A stretch of 60,187 bases of DNA, taken from positions 1-60,187 of the forward strand of contig CAXRCZ010000008.1 in assembly GCA_964229335.1 (NCBI GenBank), given 5' to 3'. Below, piece by piece: positions 9,716 to 18,783 of the stretch (positions are counted from its first letter, which is position 1; every line of letters starts with the position of its first letter). Below the pieces are notes generated by a model. The model saw only the letters and a list, made by a program, of their open reading frames with translations. It had not been told where the DNA came from and did no database searches. Made by a program: the position numbers and the translations under genes. The stretch is from Minisyncoccia bacterium. Its GTDB lineage: Bacteria; Patescibacteriota; Minisyncoccia; Phycocordibacterales; UBA918.

Positions 9716-11698
9716 CTACTCGAGCACAGCCTTAATACGACGTACCCCAGCCGAGGATGATTCTTCTTTCTTGATTTTAAAAGTACCTTGTATATCTGAA
9801 AGCTTTTCCACGTGTGGACCGCCACATAGTTCTCGTGAAAAGACTGTACCGTCAGTGCCGGCTATCGTGTACACCTTTACTTCGTCAGGGTACCGTTCCC
9901 AAAAGCTACCTTCGATACTAGTGTCGGACTTAGCAGCTTCCTTACTCATCATTTCGATATTTACTTCCCCACCCGTCTGTAATGCTTCATTCACCCAGGT
10001 TTCAATCTCGTCTAATTTAAATCTCTCAATTTTTTCTCCATGAGTAAAATCAAATCGCAATCGTTCACTGGTGATATTAGAGCCAGCCTGATGTACATGG
10101 TCACCCACTAAGGTTCGTAGTGCCGCCAGTAACAAGTGGGTAGCTGTATGATATTGCAGCACTTTGTCAGAATGATCAGCTAAACCACCTTTGAATTTCT
10201 TTTCTGCTCCCGCGCGTGATTTTTCTTTATGTTCTTCCATTAAACGCTCAAAGCCTTTTCTATCTACTGTCAGATTCTTTTCAGCAGCGATTTCTTCTGT
10301 AAGTTCAATTGGAAAGCCGTAGGTGGTAAACAGATCAAATGCATTTTGGGCAGAAATAGTTTTCTTCGGAGTGACTTTCTGGGTTTTCTTTCCAAAAAAT
10401 TTCTTACCTTTTAGCACAAGTGGAATTGAGAAAGTTTCTGATTGCTTTTTACTAACCTGCAGATTTACTTTTAGTGAAATCTTCTTAAATTGCTTTAGTC
10501 CGTTTTCAAGTGTCTTTCTAAATTGCTCTTCCTCAGCAGCGATAGCTGAAAGAATGGTCTCTGCATTATTTTCAAGTTCAGGATAGTGATTTTTATATAT
10601 ATCAACTACCACCTTAGCTACATTTTGTAACTCACCAGTTGGTACACCAATGGTGTCTGCGTAGCGCACAGCTCGGCGCAATAGTCGGCGCACAAAATAG
10701 CCCTGCTCAGTATTGCTTGGCAATACTCCGTCAGCAATCATGAATACCGCCCCTCTGACATGGTCAGCTATAACACGATAAGCATTCGTCTCATCTGCAT
10801 ATGTTTTGTCTGAAACAACTGAAATCTTCTCAATCAATGAATGTAATAAATCGACCTTGAAGATATCTGGTTCATTGTTGGCTGCAGCTACAATTCGTTC
10901 TAATCCACCGCCAAAATCAACGTTCTTTGACGGCAATTCCTCGAAGGTGCCTTCTGCAACTTTCTTGTATTGCATAAAGACATTGTTACCTATCTCTAAG
11001 AAGCGACCACAGTCGCAGTTAGGGTGGCAATGCTTTCCGAATGATTCATCATGAGGAGTGCCAAAATCGTAAAACATCTCCGTATCAGGGCCTCCAGGCT
11101 CCCCAATTGGCATGTTTTGTGGGACTCCAGCGCGACTCCACCAGTTTTTACTCGCGTCATAGAAGAAGATACGCTCACCCTCTTTCATGCCACGTTCATA
11201 GCCACACGCTTCGCTACCTATCTCTGCCACTTTGGCTTGTAAGCCTTTTTCTTCAAATAGGCGACTCCAGATAACAGGAGAAGTCTCATCGCGCGGTATT
11301 CCTGCTTTCTCGTCTCCTGCAAACGCCGTAATGTAAAGTCTCTTTGGATTGAGACCAACTTCATCAATCAAGAATGAAAAAATCCACTCGATTTGCTCCT
11401 CTTTAAAGTAGTCGCCAAACGACCAGTTCCCTAGCATTTCAAAAAAGGTCGTATGTCGATTGTCCCCTACTTCTTCGATGTCTTCTGCTCGAAAACATTT
11501 TTGACTGTCGGTAATACGAGTACCCTTTGGATGAGCTTCACCTAGAAGATATGGCACCATTGGTTGCATTCCGCTGCCGGTAAATAGTGTGGTGGGGTCA
11601 TTTTCGGGCACGATTGAAGCCGAGGGTACCACCTCGTGTCCATTTTCTCTCATGAAGTCTAAATACTTCTTTCTTATTTCATTTCCTGAAACTGCCAT
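9716..11698 (-). CDS. alaS: Alanine--tRNA ligase, C-terminally truncated (no C-Ala domain)
   Basis: DPTTLFT..GMQP, HTTFFEMLGNWSFGDYFK, editing HTATH and ELCGGPH motifs; ends at GVRRIKAV. Confidence 0.97.
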   Translation of the reverse strand: MAVSGNEIRKKYLDFMRENGHEVVPSASIVPENDPTTLFTGSGMQPMVPYLLGEAHPKGTRITDSQKCFRAEDIEEVGDNRHTTFFEMLGNWSFGDYFKEEQIEWIFSFLIDEVGLNPKRLYITAFAGDEKAGIPRDETSPVIWSRLFEEKGLQAKVAEIGSEACGYERGMKEGERIFFYDASKNWWSRAGVPQNMPIGEPGGPDTEMFYDFGTPHDESFGKHCHPNCDCGRFLEIGNNVFMQYKKVAEGTFEELPSKNVDFGGGLERIVAAANNEPDIFKVDLLHSLIEKISVVSDKTYADETNAYRVIADHVRGAVFMIADGVLPSNTEQGYFVRRLLRRAVRYADTIGVPTGELQNVAKVVVDIYKNHYPELENNAETILSAIAAEEEQFRKTLENGLKQFKKISLKVNLQVSKKQSETFSIPLVLKGKKFFGKKTQKVTPKKTISAQNAFDLFTTYGFPIELTEEIAAEKNLTVDRKGFERLMEEHKEKSRAGAEKKFKGGLADHSDKVLQYHTATHLLLAALRTLVGDHVHQAGSNITSERLRFDFTHGEKIERFKLDEIETWVNEALQTGGEVNIEMMSKEAAKSDTSIEGSFWERYPDEVKVYTIAGTDGTVFSRELCGGPHVEKLSDIQGTFKIKKEESSSAGVRRIKAVLE

Positions 11699-11736
11699 AC
11701 AGCGAACTATACCAGATTATCTTGATAAATATAGAC

Positions 11737-13506
11737 TTATTTAGTTACTACAAGTTTTTTTAAGGTTTTAATATCAGCCTCAAGCAAATCCAAGGCTTCG
11801 TGATAGGTACTTTCTTTACTCATATCAATACCGATATTTTTGAAGATATTTTCTACGGTATCAGAATCTCCAGCGGTCAAAAAAGTATCTACCTCCTTTG
11901 CATACTCAGCATTTGTTTTATATCTATTTCTCATGATGCTGCTACCAATTTCCCCAAATGAGTATGAATACTGGTAGAAGTTTCGTCGGTAATGTGTTTT
12001 CCAAACAATACTTAGCCCATGTTCTGGCTCTATAATTACTGCAGTTCCGCATTGTTTTTTGAATTCATTTGCTAGACCTTTGGCCATTTGCTGGAATGTT
12101 AGTGCTCCCTGCTCTCGAATCTCGTTGTGCATTTGTAGTTCGTACTTGAACCGCGCGATACACATTATCATCGTACTGATTTTTTGATTTATAAAAGAAT
12201 CAAGCAGTGAAATTTTTTCTTGCTTAGTTCTAGCATTCTCTATCAACTTCTCTGCTACTAAAGATTCAAAAAAAGTGCTCGCTGTCTCGGCTGTCAGCGT
12301 TGAATGACCTTGGTAATAGTGTGGTTGAGTTTTTGAACGGTATGCATGTATGGCATGCCCCATCTCGTGCGCTAGAGTCCGGACAGCGTCAACAGAATTA
12401 TTGTGATTTAAAAACACAAACGTAGGCTGATTTACTCCTGAACTACAAAACGCACCGCTACCTCTCCCCTTTTTGGGAAATACATCTATCTGCCCATTTT
12501 GTAACATCTCATCGAATATTCTTCCGTACTCTTTTTCAAAGTCATAAAACACTTCGCGGACAATGCGAACTGCTTCGTCGAATGTATATGCGCTTTTTCT
12601 GCCCAAAGGTTCATTTCTATCAATGTAGTCCAATTTGCCTCCAAGTAACTTTGATTTAAGTGCGTAATATGACTTAGATAGTTTATATCCTCTAGTTTCT
12701 ATAACTGACACTAACTTTTCCAGAGTCATATCTTCACTGTCGTATGATTTTGTAGTGGCTGAATACGGCTTAGAATAACCACGCAGCTCATCACTAATCT
12801 TTTTATCGTGCGCTAAGGCTACTAGTTCATTTTCAGCTACCTCACCAACTGCTTCTAGCACCGGGACAATTTTTTTCCACATTTGATGCCGTTCTTTCTT
12901 TGGTAAATTTTCTACCTGCATGAGAGCTGAGTTAATCGGCATGTCCTCTCCTTTCCACTTGACAATCTTCTTGTTAAGTATTTTTTCAGTGGCAGAAATC
13001 CACATTGATCTAGAGGTCAAGGAACGCAGGCTCAAAATCTTTTCTTCTGGCTCAGACAGAATGTGCTTTTCAGTATCAAAAACTGAAATCAAGAAATAAC
13101 GACAATGCTCTAAATCCTTGCTTGCTAGCAATTGTTTTTTCATCTTCTTGGGCAACCGAGCAAGTGAAACCTCAAAGAAAAGAATTTGATTACCAGCTTT
13201 GATAAGTCTTGATTCTAGTAAATTAATCATTCGCTCTGCCATCTCATCACCAGCATTGAGCTCTCTGCGGTAAAAATAGTAGTACAAAGCCGTTTCCCCT
13301 GGAAGAAGGCCTAATTGTAGGTAGTCATTGATTGCTTTTGTTGTGCCCTTTACACTCCCAGTCCACTTATTATTACTATAGATAGCGTGAAATTTAGCAT
13401 ACCCTTCCTCTGTCTCCGCTACATCCTTTTCTATTTGCTTGTCTTTGTCTGATTTGTAGTAGTGCTTTTTTAAGTCCCATTCAGTTTTAATTTTGCTCTT
13501 TGACAT
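11737..13506 (-). CDS. M3-family oligoendopeptidase (PepF-like)
   Basis: N-terminal WDL, GAFC, TLAHEMGHAIH zinc motif, AETASTFFE. Confidence 0.9.
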   Translation of the reverse strand: MSKSKIKTEWDLKKHYYKSDKDKQIEKDVAETEEGYAKFHAIYSNNKWTGSVKGTTKAINDYLQLGLLPGETALYYYFYRRELNAGDEMAERMINLLESRLIKAGNQILFFEVSLARLPKKMKKQLLASKDLEHCRYFLISVFDTEKHILSEPEEKILSLRSLTSRSMWISATEKILNKKIVKWKGEDMPINSALMQVENLPKKERHQMWKKIVPVLEAVGEVAENELVALAHDKKISDELRGYSKPYSATTKSYDSEDMTLEKLVSVIETRGYKLSKSYYALKSKLLGGKLDYIDRNEPLGRKSAYTFDEAVRIVREVFYDFEKEYGRIFDEMLQNGQIDVFPKKGRGSGAFCSSGVNQPTFVFLNHNNSVDAVRTLAHEMGHAIHAYRSKTQPHYYQGHSTLTAETASTFFESLVAEKLIENARTKQEKISLLDSFINQKISTMIMCIARFKYELQMHNEIREQGALTFQQMAKGLANEFKKQCGTAVIIEPEHGLSIVWKTHYRRNFYQYSYSFGEIGSSIMRNRYKTNAEYAKEVDTFLTAGDSDTVENIFKNIGIDMSKESTYHEALDLLEADIKTLKKLVVTK

Positions 13507-14071
13507 GTGTGAGGAATTTCTTAAATTCAGTAAATGTATGTGTAAACTCGTGTACTATATCATTTTCTAGTTTGGTTTCGATTACGTTAGCGATTAGTTG
13601 ATAGGCTTTGAGGCGTTCGTCGTGGTTTGGGCCAAAATCTTTTGTAAATTGCTGAGGATTATCATAGTACTCTTCTACTAGCGTTCGAAAATTATGCGCT
13701 TTATCGGCAGCGGCCACCATAAGCGCGGCTTGACTACCAGCATTTAACTGGCTAGCGTAGCGTTGCTTTTTTTCTAACCAGGTATATTTTTTGGTTGTGC
13801 TAGTTTTTGGCTCGGTTACTGTCTTTACAATATCGGCCACAGTGTCTCCAAAATCGCTTCTCAGCTCTTTTTCGGTATAAGATGTATCCTCCAGCGTATC
13901 GTGCAATAAAGCCGCAGCTAACACATTTTCGTCGTCTGTATAATCTGACAGAATAAAAGCTACCGCAACCAAATGAGTAATATACGGAAAAGGTATGCTC
14001 CCCATTCTGGTTTGGTCACGGTGCAATATAGCAGCGGCTCGGATAGCTTGTTCGACTTTATATGAGTACAT
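13487..14071 (-). CDS. HD-domain protein, small alarmone hydrolase (RelA/SpoT-hydrolase/Mesh1-like)
   Basis: H.DQ.R....PYITH..AVA, AALLHDTLEDT, ADKAHN. Confidence 0.85.
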   Translation of the reverse strand: MYSYKVEQAIRAAAILHRDQTRMGSIPFPYITHLVAVAFILSDYTDDENVLAAALLHDTLEDTSYTEKELRSDFGDTVADIVKTVTEPKTSTTKKYTWLEKKQRYASQLNAGSQAALMVAAADKAHNFRTLVEEYYDNPQQFTKDFGPNHDERLKAYQLIANVIETKLENDIVHEFTHTFTEFKKFLTHVKEQN

Positions 14072-14073
14072 TG

Positions 14074-14331
14074 TTATGTAATAGCTCCTTCTTGTAAAAG
14101 TATATTTCTTTTAACCACTTCCCCGCCTCGATTGTATCCACCTAGACTACCATCCTTTCTAATTACTCTGTGACATGGTATTTCTACATCAAAGTTTTGC
14201 GCCATGACCCGCGCTACTGCTCTGGCGGCTTGTGGGTTTCCTGCTTTTACTGCCACCTCTTGGTAACTCATAGTTGTACCAACTGGAATTTGCCTCACTA
14301 CCTCTCTTACTCTGTCGCCAAAAGCTGTCAT
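14074..14331 (-). CDS. Minimal O6-methylguanine-DNA methyltransferase (MGMT/Ogt C-terminal domain)
   Basis: IP.G.T.SY..VA...G.P.AARAV and active-site IPCHRV. Confidence 0.9.
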   Translation of the reverse strand: MTAFGDRVREVVRQIPVGTTMSYQEVAVKAGNPQAARAVARVMAQNFDVEIPCHRVIRKDGSLGGYNRGGEVVKRNILLQEGAIT

Positions 14332-14333
14332 GA

Positions 14334-15116
14334 TTATTTTTTAGCAAAGTGCACCGATTGCAATTTCTTTCCAGCCGCTTCTCGGTATGGACAATATTCA
14401 CACGACTCACCTATTTCAGGAAGCGAATCTGCTTCCAAACAATTACGAATATCATTAAGAGCTGTCTCAATCCACTGCACATCAGTTTCAACTGGAACGA
14501 GAGTGGTTTCAAACACTAGTTTGTCATCAAACGCATCTAGGTTTTTGTCGGCATTGGCGTACACGAGATACCCGGTGGGTTGTACCGTAAAACCATTTTG
14601 CTCTAGCAACCACCGATACACACCCAACTGTCTTGCATACTGCTTTTCCCATGGGCTATCACCTAGCTGCTCTATTCTCCCGTCTTTTGATGTGGCTTTG
14701 TAATCAACCACAATTAGGCTCTTATCTGGTTTCTGCCACACATCGTCAATGGCGCCAGAAACCATGAGACCGGTTTTCTCATGTAAGTGAGTAATACCGG
14801 TGAAGTTGTCTCGCCACTCATCTAGCTCACTATGTGCAAATGGCACTGCATCAATTTCGTACTTACTAATAATAGGATGTGGCGTTTGGTTTTGGCGATG
14901 AACATCAAACTCTTTTTTGAACAACTCATCGACTGCTAGGTTGAGATTGAACGCTGGGAAATTTGGTCGCTTAGTACCTAATTTGTTATCAAGATAGAAA
15001 CAACGGGGACACTCCAGATACAAGTCAATTTTTGACCTGGAAAGCTTCCATTTATTTCCTCCGTAGTTCCAATCTTCGCTTCGGTTCGGATTATATTTTC
15101 GTACAAATTCTGCCAT
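14334..15116 (-). CDS. PD-(D/E)XK nuclease, Cas4/RecB-like with Cys cluster
   Basis: SRSKI...ECPRCFY, GAIDD, VVDYKAT, QLGVY, CEYCPY. Confidence 0.85.
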   Translation of the reverse strand: MAEFVRKYNPNRSEDWNYGGNKWKLSRSKIDLYLECPRCFYLDNKLGTKRPNFPAFNLNLAVDELFKKEFDVHRQNQTPHPIISKYEIDAVPFAHSELDEWRDNFTGITHLHEKTGLMVSGAIDDVWQKPDKSLIVVDYKATSKDGRIEQLGDSPWEKQYARQLGVYRWLLEQNGFTVQPTGYLVYANADKNLDAFDDKLVFETTLVPVETDVQWIETALNDIRNCLEADSLPEIGESCEYCPYREAAGKKLQSVHFAKK

Positions 15117-15180
15117 TTGAAGAGTATAGCATTCTTTAATATTTCTTTTAAAAAATTTATTATCTGTTGTAAGGGTAAAT

Positions 15181-15210
15181 TAAAACCACCGCATTAATGC
15201 GGTGATTTTA
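15181..15210. repeat. Near-perfect 30-bp palindrome (core CACCGCATTAATGCGGTG), likely terminator; copy 1
   Basis: TAAAACCACCGCATTAATGCGGTGATTTTA, 20 nt after a minus-strand stop; same core as 57308-57337. Confidence 0.85.
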
Positions 15211-15229
15211 AGCAAAATTTATTGTTTGA

Positions 15230-15751
15230 CTATTCAGCAGTGAATGTGTCGAACACAGTGTTCATTTCTACATCACCAGTGGTTGAGAAGTCAAAGTCGC
15301 CGTCCTCTTCGAAGATAACTACAGCGTATTCGCTACCCGCTGTGGTTGGCGCTACAAGCTGAATAGCTTGGGGCATAAGCCCTTGTGATGAGCTAAAGCG
15401 CACTACACCTAACAATGAGCCGAGTTGTCCATCGTTATATTGACGAACACCAATCCACCCTTCGGCTACTGGGTATTCGGCAGTAGTAAGTGAAATGCTG
15501 CTGCTAGCTGGTTGATCTTCTACTTCGATGTTGGCCTCACCTGACATGTTTGAGTCATTGTCTGACATATCCATATCATCCATAGCTTCATCACTGTTTT
15601 CATCCATCATTTCACGATCGTCGTCGTTCATTGGCATATCATTTGCTGGATCTGCCGGCACCATAAAGGCTGAAACAACTAGTCCACCGATAAGGAGGCC
15701 GACTACGAATGAAATAATGGCTTTTTTAGAATCTTGGTTTTGTTCTGACAT
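15230..15751 (-). CDS. Hypothetical membrane-anchored protein with D/M-rich linker
   Basis: TM helix AIISFVVGLLIGGLVVSAF, acidic linker, beta-rich C-domain; likely start MSEQ at 15751. Confidence 0.7.
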   Translation of the reverse strand: MSEQNQDSKKAIISFVVGLLIGGLVVSAFMVPADPANDMPMNDDDREMMDENSDEAMDDMDMSDNDSNMSGEANIEVEDQPASSSISLTTAEYPVAEGWIGVRQYNDGQLGSLLGVVRFSSSQGLMPQAIQLVAPTTAGSEYAVVIFEEDGDFDFSTTGDVEMNTVFDTFTAE

Positions 15752-15867
15752 ACAAGAATTATGAATTTCTGTAAATAAATAATATCCAGAGTATATCACG
15801 TCAAAAAACGACTGATACTATTGACAATCAATGTTTTATTATCAGCTATGGATTGTGTTTTATGTAA

Positions 15868-16698
15868 TTAACTAAAGATAGACTTTACTTCAGATAGAAT
15901 TTGTTCTTGTTTGCGAGTAGAAAGATGCAGGTGGCGCAATATGTTCGGATTATCTATTAGATCACGGCAAACAATGATATTTCGTGCGATTAGGGTCTGA
16001 AGCTGTGAATTACTGAGCGATTGTAATACTGTAATAGGATAAATTCCGGTACGTGAAATATAGTCATGCAAATTGTTATCTACCGGATAGTCCCAACTCA
16101 ACATTTTTAATCCAACGCATTCCGCATATCGCTCTGCACTAGAGGTGAACTTCGTATTTGTTACTAGCAAAAACTCTTTAATACCACAGTGGTCAGCGAC
16201 ACATATTTTTTTATCCTTTAAATCCAGTAGCCGAGCATAGCAGTACATGGCTACTTGCAAATCAGATTTTCGACCAGCTCGAGAATGAAATTTTGCTTCA
16301 CAAATAAAGCTATGGTCTTCCTTATACGCAGCAATGTCTATTTCATGTTCGGCACAGCGTCCGGCTATCTGCGTACCGACTTCAGCGCTATAGCCTTCAG
16401 CTTGAAACACGCGAGCTATGAACTCCTCAAACGGAAAACCAGTAGGGCCGAGTCCAAACAAAGCCCGCCGTAGAGAATATTTTGTAGCTGCTGGAGGCTG
16501 ATGTTCACGCAATAGTGCAAAGGCTCGCTGGTAGATTTCTCTGGTTGTAATTCCGTCGTATAGCGTACCATCAATTTCATTGACGATAGAACTGACTTCA
16601 TCGTTACTGGCACCAGCTCGGCGAAGAGAGCGGCGTAGTTTTTCAACTTTATAATATTCTGTAGAACCGTCTGCTTTAGTGACTAGCGTTGACATCAA
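15868..16698 (-). CDS. ATP-cone domain fused to Mrr-like restriction endonuclease domain
   Basis: N-terminal VTKADGSTE..KVEKLRRSL (ATP cone); GFPFEEF, EIDI, ICEAKFH, LVTNTKFT (PD-(D/E)XK). Confidence 0.8.
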   Translation of the reverse strand: MMSTLVTKADGSTEYYKVEKLRRSLRRAGASNDEVSSIVNEIDGTLYDGITTREIYQRAFALLREHQPPAATKYSLRRALFGLGPTGFPFEEFIARVFQAEGYSAEVGTQIAGRCAEHEIDIAAYKEDHSFICEAKFHSRAGRKSDLQVAMYCYARLLDLKDKKICVADHCGIKEFLLVTNTKFTSSAERYAECVGLKMLSWDYPVDNNLHDYISRTGIYPITVLQSLSNSQLQTLIARNIIVCRDLIDNPNILRHLHLSTRKQEQILSEVKSIFS

Positions 16699-17744
16699 TC
16701 AATGATACCACCGCCGATACACTCATTTTGGTGATAAATAACAAGCGCCTGGCCAGGGGCTGGTTGCTCTGTACTATCCAGTAACTCGATTTGCACATTT
16801 GTAGCGGAGACTTTAATACTTTTGACAAGTATTGGTTTTTGTCGATACCGTGTTTGTACCTCATATTGCTCGCTAGAATTGATTTCTCTTCTGAAAATAA
16901 AATCCTTTAGGACAATGGTTTCGTTTTCTTCTAAAACTGGAGGGTGGGAAGCGACTGTGATGGTGTTGTCTGAAATGTTTTTATCTACCACATAGTGATG
17001 AGAGCGAGCAGTGTTGGAATCAGTAATAGAAAATCCTTGCCGCTGACCCAAGGTGTAGACCAGCGCACCTTTGTGTACACCAATAGTTTCACCGGTTTCG
17101 TTAAGCACAGCTCCTTCCTTTAGAGTTGTGTAATGAGATAAAAATTCTGGAATATCAACGTGACCTAGAAAGCAAATTCCTTGACTGTCACTTTTTTGTG
17201 CGGTTGGTATGCCGGCTTCCGCTGCTTCCCTGCGTATCTCATCTTTAGTTGAATTACCGACTGGAAAAACAGCTTTCGAAAGCTGTTCTTTGGTCAGGGC
17301 ATAGAGAAAGTACGACTGATCTTTGTTCTCATCTAGACCCCGATATAATGACTCATCTTTTGCCTGTACGTAGTGACCGGTAGCAATATAGTCTGCTCCT
17401 TTAGCCATAGCAAAGTCCAAAAATACACCAAATTTAACGGCCGTGTTGCAAAGAATATCTGGATTAGGGGTGCGACCAGCTTTGTACTCTGCAATGAAGT
17501 AATCGGCGACATTTTTCTTGTAGGCTTCTTTTGCATCACACGTTAAAAATGGAATATCTAAATGAGCTGCTACTCGCATCGCATCTAGTCGTTCAGCTTC
17601 CCAAGAACACACCATGAATTCCGGATGCCATACTTTGATAAATACACCGACCACATTGTAGCCGGCTTTTTTAAGACGATAGGCAGCCACTGAAGAGTCA
17701 ACTCCACCTGAAAGACCTACAAAGACTGTCTTTTGCTTGTTCAT
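16695..17744 (-). CDS. mnmA: tRNA 2-thiouridylase MnmA
   Basis: SGGVDSSV, TPNPDILCN, IATGHY, KDQSYFL, SQGICF. Confidence 0.98.
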   Translation of the reverse strand: MNKQKTVFVGLSGGVDSSVAAYRLKKAGYNVVGVFIKVWHPEFMVCSWEAERLDAMRVAAHLDIPFLTCDAKEAYKKNVADYFIAEYKAGRTPNPDILCNTAVKFGVFLDFAMAKGADYIATGHYVQAKDESLYRGLDENKDQSYFLYALTKEQLSKAVFPVGNSTKDEIRREAAEAGIPTAQKSDSQGICFLGHVDIPEFLSHYTTLKEGAVLNETGETIGVHKGALVYTLGQRQGFSITDSNTARSHHYVVDKNISDNTITVASHPPVLEENETIVLKDFIFRREINSSEQYEVQTRYRQKPILVKSIKVSATNVQIELLDSTEQPAPGQALVIYHQNECIGGGIID

Positions 17745-17769
17745 GAGCCTAAAGTAGCACGGCTATGTT

Positions 17770-18783
17770 CTACCGCAAATACCTTTCAATATTAGCAAGA
17801 TGCTCGTCATAGGTTCTGGCATAGTGAAATTCTCCTTGTTCGTCAGTTAGGTAAAAGTAGTAGTCAGATTTTGTGGGAAACAGCACCGCTTCTATGGCAT
17901 CTTGGCCTGGATTGCCGATTGGTGTCGGAGGCAAACCACGATTGAGATATGTATTGTACGGAGATTCTATTTTTAAATCATCGGGAGTGAGTTCAGAAAG
18001 AGGTTTATCAAGCACATATTCGATTGATGCGTCCGCCTGCAGTGGCATTCCGTCAGCTAAGCGATTTTGCAAAATTCCTGACACCAATCGCAGTGAGTGA
18101 ATTGAGTTAGCTTCGCGTTCTAAGATTGAGGCTAGGACAATTATCTCTTCAAGCGAGTACTGATTTTCTGCGATTAATGACTCCAATGGAGCAATGCTGT
18201 CGTCAAAATGGTTTCTCATTAATACAAACAATTCTTCTTCGCTGTAAGTAGCTGGTATGAAATACGTATCAGGGAACAAGTACCCTTCACTAGTGCTCGC
18301 TAGTCGCATAAACTCTTCTCCATCAAAATCTCCCAGCTGCTCAGCTGCTCTGTCAGCCACTTTTTTAACCGGCTCCCCTTCTATGTGGGTAAATCTAATT
18401 AAATCTGCTGCAAAATCTCCTCTGGTTAATCGTTCTGCCACCTCGTAGGTAGAAAGTGGTTCGCTTAATACGTACGTACTGGCCTTGATATCAGTGGGAT
18501 CGAAAAATAGCACTGTCATAAAGTAGAGCAACGTTTGTGACCGGACGACGCCTTGCTCGGCTAATTTCTCAGTAATGGCTTTTGCTGTCTCCCCTTCTTT
18601 GATAGTCACCACTGTCGGCGCATCAAAATTTGCTGGCGGAGTGTTCAAATACCAAATTGTGACCAAGGTGGCTACACCAACAAGAATTATCGTGATTAAA
18701 AATCCTAAGACTAAATACCGCAAAGCTGGCGCAGCACTGGGTGTTTTTACAGTTTGTTCTGACTCTGGAATAAATTCGTTCAT
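17770..18783 (-). CDS. mltG: Endolytic transglycosylase MltG (YceG family)
   Basis: TM anchor, EGYLFPDTY, LASILERE, MPLQAD, SPYNTY..GLPPTPI.NPG. Confidence 0.95.
   Translation of the reverse strand: MNEFIPESEQTVKTPSAAPALRYLVLGFLITIILVGVATLVTIWYLNTPPANFDAPTVVTIKEGETAKAITEKLAEQGVVRSQTLLYFMTVLFFDPTDIKASTYVLSEPLSTYEVAERLTRGDFAADLIRFTHIEGEPVKKVADRAAEQLGDFDGEEFMRLASTSEGYLFPDTYFIPATYSEEELFVLMRNHFDDSIAPLESLIAENQYSLEEIIVLASILEREANSIHSLRLVSGILQNRLADGMPLQADASIEYVLDKPLSELTPDDLKIESPYNTYLNRGLPPTPIGNPGQDAIEAVLFPTKSDYYFYLTDEQGEFHYARTYDEHLANIERYLR

Noticed and set aside
9661-9825. N-terminal extension of the 8467-9825 ORF
   Set aside because: Overlaps the alaS 3' end; ATG 9660 preceded by TATACT-like boxes is more plausible
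14334-15116. Cas4-like gene as evidence of CRISPR-Cas
   Set aside because: No repeat-spacer array, cas1 or cas2 in the window; solo PD-(D/E)XK nucleases are common
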